From assembly GCA_963977945.1 (NCBI GenBank), contig CAXBQO010000001.1, positions 1 to 34,185 of the forward strand: 34,185 nt of DNA. Reading direction: 5' to 3'. Position numbers and translations under genes: made by a program. The DNA is from an uncultured bacterium (GTDB lineage: Bacteria > Actinomycetota > Actinomycetes > Nanopelagicales > Nanopelagicaceae). Below, piece after piece: positions 29,948 to 34,185 of this stretch. Below the pieces are notes generated by a model that was not told where the DNA came from, searched no databases, and was given only the letters and a program-made list of their open reading frames with translations. How positions within the stretch are numbered: position 1 is the first letter of the stretch; every line of letters begins with the position of its first letter.

Positions 29948-31411
29948 ATGAAACCGGCGCAAATCTCAAAAACTGCCGCTGCCACCTTAGCTTTCAACAC
30001 GTTGAAGGAGTATGCCCCGTTCTCAGAGGAATTAGCTGAAAGATTTTCTAAATCAAATTTCAAATTTGCTTTAGTTGGTGGTTCGGTAAGAGATGCGGTA
30101 CTTAATAAATTTAAATCGGGCAAGCAAATGGATTTAGATTTCACAACAAACGCTAAACCTGAAGAGACTAAAAAAATATTAAATAAATGGGCTGACTCAA
30201 TTTGGGAGACTGGCGCAAAATTTGGCACCATCGCCGCTAATAAAGATGGAATCAATATAGAAATTACAACTTATCGCAGCGAACAGTATGAGCCAGATAG
30301 TAGAAATCCAGAAGTTAAATTTGGAAACGAAATTGCAGTTGATTTAAAACGTCGTGATTTCACGATAAATGCGATGGCTCTTGAACTTTCTTCCACTTCA
30401 CCAGAATTTATAGATTTATTTTCAGGTCTAGAAGATTTAGAAAATATGTTAATTAGAACGCCAGGAAGTGCAACAGATTCATTTAATGATGATCCACTTC
30501 GCATGTTGCGTGCCGCTAGATTTGCTAGCCAATTGGGATTTTCAGTAACAAGTGAAATTGTCAATGCGATTACGTCTATGGCAGACCGAATTTCAATCAT
30601 TTCGGCCGAGCGGGTGAGAGATGAATTATCTAAATTAATTTTAAGTGATAAGCCGAGGCTGGGTTTAACTTTGATGGTTGAGACTGGACTGGCAGAAAAA
30701 GTTTTACCAGAAATTCCCAAATTAAAGTTAGAGATTGATGAACATCATCACCATAAAGATGTATATGAACACACGCTAACCGTGTTAGAACAAGCAATTT
30801 CACTAGAGTCACGAATAGGTGAACCAAATTTGATTCTTCGGTTATCGGCGCTAATGCATGATGTCGGTAAACCCAAAACTCGGGTGTTGTCAGGAGATGG
30901 CAGAGTTTCTTTTCATCACCACGAAGTTGTTGGAGCGCGAATAACTAAAGAACGTTTAACCAAACTTAGATTTGATTCAGATTTAATTGAAAAGGTATCC
31001 AAACTTGTTTACTTACATTTGAGATTTCACGGATATGGTGATGGTGAGTGGACCGATTCTGCAGTTCGTCGATATGTAAGAGATGCCGGAGAACTTCTAG
31101 AACATCTTCACGTCTTAACCCGGGCTGATTGCACCACTAGAAATATCAAAAAGGCGCAGAATCTGGCTAAAACTTACGATCAACTTGAAGCCAGAATTGA
31201 ACAATTGCGAGCTCAAGAAGAGTTAGATCAAATGCGACCTGATTTAGATGGAAATCAAATTATGGAAATTTTGCAGATTAAACCTTCAAAGGCGGTCGGC
31301 TTGGCCTATGAGTATTTACTGGAACTTCGAATTGAACACGGACCATTAGGAACAGAGCGTGCCACCAAAGAGTTACTTACTTGGTGGCAACAAAATCAGC
31401 CGAAAATTTAG
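29948..31411 (+). CDS. pcnA: CCA tRNA nucleotidyltransferase / poly(A) polymerase-family enzyme with HD domain
   Basis: Pol-beta nucleotidyltransferase motifs LVGGSVRDAVL and RDFTINAM, plus an HD domain (HHHKDVYEHT...LMHDVGKP). Divergent from the NUDIX gene, as for Rv3907c/Rv3908. Confidence 0.9.
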   Translation: MKPAQISKTAAATLAFNTLKEYAPFSEELAERFSKSNFKFALVGGSVRDAVLNKFKSGKQMDLDFTTNAKPEETKKILNKWADSIWETGAKFGTIAANKDGINIEITTYRSEQYEPDSRNPEVKFGNEIAVDLKRRDFTINAMALELSSTSPEFIDLFSGLEDLENMLIRTPGSATDSFNDDPLRMLRAARFASQLGFSVTSEIVNAITSMADRISIISAERVRDELSKLILSDKPRLGLTLMVETGLAEKVLPEIPKLKLEIDEHHHHKDVYEHTLTVLEQAISLESRIGEPNLILRLSALMHDVGKPKTRVLSGDGRVSFHHHEVVGARITKERLTKLRFDSDLIEKVSKLVYLHLRFHGYGDGEWTDSAVRRYVRDAGELLEHLHVLTRADCTTRNIKKAQNLAKTYDQLEARIEQLRAQEELDQMRPDLDGNQIMEILQIKPSKAVGLAYEYLLELRIEHGPLGTERATKELLTWWQQNQPKI

Positions 31412-32747
31412 ATTTTCGCAAAATCGCTAGGTTATAAACTAAAAATACGACCGCCAGCAAAAACGGCAATAATTTACTAATTCCAGAATCAGGTAAAACT
31501 ATTGCTGCAATTATTGCTCCGACAACAATTCCAAAATTAACAACTACATCGTAAAAAGCGAATACTCGACCGCGAAACTCATCAATTATTTTTGATTGGG
31601 CCAAGGCATCAGTAGTTACCTTGATAGCTTGACCAAATAAACCCAGCAAAAATGCCGTAATTATTAGGGTTATTTCGGTTATAGAGAGAGAAAAAATTAA
31701 CGCAGAAGCAACACAACAAAACAACATGATTCTAATAAATAAATGGCGACCGAATTTGTTTACACCGTATGGAGCAACGACTGCGCCTACACCAACTCCG
31801 ATTCCGGCGATAGCTAGTGCTATTCCAAAACTTGCAAAACCTAAATCTGGATTGTTTGAATCATTAAATGTATTTCGCTCCAACAACAATGCCATCAAAG
31901 TTAAGGAGGTAATTCCACTTCTTTGAATTGAGACTGCAAAAATTGCGCGCAAAATATCGCCGTGCTGACGCAAGATTTTAAAACCTTCAATGACCTCATT
32001 TGATTCTCGATTTGATTTATTTGACTTTGTTTCGACTGGACCTAATTCAAATTTGGCAAAGAAGTTCATCAATGTTGCCGCTGCTAAGTAGCCAATTACT
32101 CCGATTGCAATTAATAATGAATCTAAATTATCTGAAGATACAAACGAATCGAGCAAACGCTTAATTGCTATCCCTAATCCGCCACCAATTACAACAAAAA
32201 TAGTGCCACCAGTAACGGCAATTGCATTGGCTGATATCAATTGTTCTTTTTTAGTATCGCTATCGAGAGTTAAAGGCAAGCTAGCTGAAAGACCTGCCAA
32301 AATTAGACGGTTCATTCCAAATACACATAAGACTAAAGAAACTAAAAATATATTTGAAAAGTTATTGAACAAAATAAACACGATTGCAATCAGCAGTATT
32401 GAGCGTATGAAATTTGCATTCCTAATTATTCGTTGGCGTGAAAAACGATCGAGAATTACTCCAGAAAATGGCGCGACTATTGAATAAGGCAGCAAAACCG
32501 TGGCAAATGCTGTTGCGGCAGCCATTGCATTTGGTTGTCTTTCTGGTGAAAATAAAACATAAGAAGCAAGTGCAGCTTGGAACAAACCATCAGTGAGTTG
32601 TCCACTCCAACGAACCAATAAAAGTTTTCGTAGTTTTTTACCTGAAACAATGCGCCAAAAAGTACCGATATTTTCCAAGCCGACTTTAAGTCTCACCGCA
32701 TAAGCGTAATTACTGAAAGCGAGATAATCTTGGCAATTATGAAGCAA
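31377..32747 (-). CDS. MFS transporter
   Basis: 456-aa ORF with roughly 12 TM segments. The ORF-track start is TTG 32747; an in-frame GTG at 32696 is an alternative. The 3' end overlaps the convergent pcnA 3' end by 35 nt. Confidence 0.8.
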   Translation of the reverse strand: MLHNCQDYLAFSNYAYAVRLKVGLENIGTFWRIVSGKKLRKLLLVRWSGQLTDGLFQAALASYVLFSPERQPNAMAAATAFATVLLPYSIVAPFSGVILDRFSRQRIIRNANFIRSILLIAIVFILFNNFSNIFLVSLVLCVFGMNRLILAGLSASLPLTLDSDTKKEQLISANAIAVTGGTIFVVIGGGLGIAIKRLLDSFVSSDNLDSLLIAIGVIGYLAAATLMNFFAKFELGPVETKSNKSNRESNEVIEGFKILRQHGDILRAIFAVSIQRSGITSLTLMALLLERNTFNDSNNPDLGFASFGIALAIAGIGVGVGAVVAPYGVNKFGRHLFIRIMLFCCVASALIFSLSITEITLIITAFLLGLFGQAIKVTTDALAQSKIIDEFRGRVFAFYDVVVNFGIVVGAIIAAIVLPDSGISKLLPFLLAVVFLVYNLAILRKSKFSADFVATK

Positions 32748-32816
32748 CGCGCTCTAACGCAATCTGTAAACGCATCAAACTCTGCTATTCGTAATGAATT
32801 TCAGATTTTGCCAACA

Positions 32817-33218
32817 ATGAGAGATGTAATTGATTATTCATTAGATAAAAGATCAACATTAGTAGCGTTGTTTCGCGGTGATCCAATGGCAGCAGATGCT
32901 TGCGATGCTCACCCGTATCTTTTGCGAGCCGCTAAATATCACGGTGAAACCACTGATAGAAAATGTCCTGTGTGTCGTAAAACTGGTTTAACTGAACTTC
33001 GATACGCCTACGGTGATCAACTTGGCCAATACTCTGGCCGAATTAAAAATATATTTGAGTTAAAAGAGATGCAAAGTGAATTTGGGGAATTTCGGGTTTA
33101 CCAAGTGGAGATTTGCCAAGACTGCGGTTGGAACCATTTAATTAAATCTTTTAGTTTGGGTGATGGTAAAACTCGTAAACCCCCACGTAAAGTAAAAACG
33201 ATTGAAGATGAGAGTTAA
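32817..33218 (+). CDS. Conserved actinobacterial Zn-ribbon protein (Rv0049-like, probable DUF5318) upstream of the class A PBP
   Basis: CPVC...CQDC four-Cys pattern. The ORF is open from TTG 32730, with ATG 32739 also possible. I prefer ATG 32817 (MRDVIDYSL..., 133 aa). That size matches my recollection of the family, and the start avoids overlapping the divergent MFS gene. The start is uncertain and no clear RBS is visible. Confidence 0.65.
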   Translation: MRDVIDYSLDKRSTLVALFRGDPMAADACDAHPYLLRAAKYHGETTDRKCPVCRKTGLTELRYAYGDQLGQYSGRIKNIFELKEMQSEFGEFRVYQVEICQDCGWNHLIKSFSLGDGKTRKPPRKVKTIEDES

Positions 33219-33222
33219 TTAA

Positions 33223-34185
33223 GTGAACGAACTTAAATCTACTTCCTCTAAATTATTAGTTTTAATTTTTGGCAGTCTTTTTGTCCTAGGAACCTTTGTG
33301 TTCGGATTTGCTTATTTCACGGTAAAAATTCCAGATCCAAATGCATACGTAAATTCGCAAGCCACAATTATTCAATATTCAGATGGCACCGAGGTTGGAA
33401 GAATAGGTTCAGAAAATCGCACTATTGTGAAACTTGCAGCGATACCGCTTGATGTCCGACATGCGGTCTTAGCGGCAGAAGATCGTAATTTTTACTCAGA
33501 GCATGCATTTAGCCCGACCGGTTTAGTTCAGGCTATTTGGGACAACGTAATTACTCTAGGAAAAGGCCGCGGTGGGTCTACGATCACCCAACAGTATGCA
33601 AAAACTGCCTTCTTAACACCAGAGCGGTCGGTAGTCAGAAAAATAAAAGAATTAGTAATTGCAATTAAGTTAGAAAACCAATTCACTAAAGATCAAATTC
33701 TAGAAAATTATTTAAACACCATTTATTTTGGCCGTGGATCATACGGAGTAGAGACTGCGTCACAAGTTTATTTTGGTAGAAGCGTTGATCAACTTGATAT
33801 TCCACAAGCTGCGGTGCTGGCTAGTTTGTTACGTAGCCCTGGCCTTTACGACCCAGCAATTCGAAAAGCAAATGAAGAACGTTTAAATCAAAGATTTAAA
33901 TATGTAATAGATGGAATGGTGCAGGAAAAATGGTTAAACAAAACTGACGCCGACAACATCAAACTTCCCACCATTAAACCGCGAGTTACTTCGGGCGCAT
34001 TGGCTGGGCCAAAAGGTTATTTAATTTCTTGGGTAGAGCGGGAATTAAATAATCTTGGATTTACCGATGAACAATTGCTAATCGGTGGTTATGTAATCAA
34101 AACAACTTTAGATAAAGATGCACAACAAGCAGCAGTTGACGCAGTTGATAAACAAGCGCCGGCGAAAGCGCCAGAAAATTTACAC
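33223..34185 (+). CDS. ponA: Class A penicillin-binding protein, N-terminal TM anchor + GT51 transglycosylase domain (partial, runs off the right edge)
   Basis: Hand translation from GTG 33223 gives 321 codons with no stop. There is a TM helix (LLVLIFGSLFVLGTFVFGFAYF) and GT51 motifs AAEDRNFYSEH, GGSTITQQYAK, RKIKELVIAIKLE and ILENYLNTIYFG. It is missing from the ORF track because no stop lies within the window. Confidence 0.93.
   Translation, partial: MNELKSTSSKLLVLIFGSLFVLGTFVFGFAYFTVKIPDPNAYVNSQATIIQYSDGTEVGRIGSENRTIVKLAAIPLDVRHAVLAAEDRNFYSEHAFSPTGLVQAIWDNVITLGKGRGGSTITQQYAKTAFLTPERSVVRKIKELVIAIKLENQFTKDQILENYLNTIYFGRGSYGVETASQVYFGRSVDQLDIPQAAVLASLLRSPGLYDPAIRKANEERLNQRFKYVIDGMVQEKWLNKTDADNIKLPTIKPRVTSGALAGPKGYLISWVERELNNLGFTDEQLLIGGYVIKTTLDKDAQQAAVDAVDKQAPAKAPENLH

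Noticed and set aside
29887-30720. Minus-strand ORFs 29887-30255 (122 aa) and 30271-30720 (149 aa) opposite the CCA/poly(A) nucleotidyltransferase gene
   Set aside because: They lie almost entirely antisense within a gene carrying clear GGSVRD, RDFTINAM and HD motifs. They have no domain signature of their own, and the first would read through the divergent promoter region.

Overview
This 34.2 kb window is the chromosomal replication-origin neighbourhood of a low-GC (roughly 42-45% by eye), very compact actinobacterial genome. A freshwater acI/Nanopelagicales-like lineage is only my inference. Gene order is essentially colinear with Mycobacterium tuberculosis Rv3907c-Rv3924c / Rv0001-Rv0009 (gene numbers recalled from memory). 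Left to right: topA (5' end only), hppA, dedA, pyrE, dnaJ-grpE-dnaK, rhomboid, ppiase, tRNA-Ala, tRNA-Ile, gyrA, gyrB, DUF721, recF, dnaN, oriC, dnaA. Then comes a second DnaA-box cluster, followed by rpmH-rnpA-yidD-yidC-jag-rsmG-parA-parB. Next is a tightly packed minus-strand block: aminotransferase, cwlM, trxA, trxB, murJ, exported hypothetical protein, NUDIX. The window ends with a CCA-adding/poly(A) polymerase-type nucleotidyltransferase, an MFS transporter, a Zn-ribbon protein (Rv0049-like) and the 5' part of a class A PBP. Three genes absent from the ORF track are supported by reading the sequence: rpmH, the topA 5' end and the PBP 5' part, plus two tRNAs. Non-coding elements I can support are DnaA-box clusters on both sides of dnaA and two perfect 14-bp parS palindromes at the 5' ends of rsmG and parA. 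I see no CRISPR array, IS or transposon, integrase, prophage, toxin-antitoxin or defence-like genes. I therefore find no convincing evidence for a previously undescribed system; this is an ordinary, conserved core region. The points worth a second look are modest. They are the oriC/parS architecture, a dnaK operon without hspR or a HAIR operator and with a zinc-finger-less DnaJ, and a CwlM homologue lacking both predicted Zn-ligand histidines. The others are three conserved proteins of unknown or unclear function (exported 384-aa protein, polybasic-tailed NUDIX, Zn-ribbon protein coupled to the PBP), a probable ATT start codon, and extreme gene packing with overlapping convergent 3' ends.
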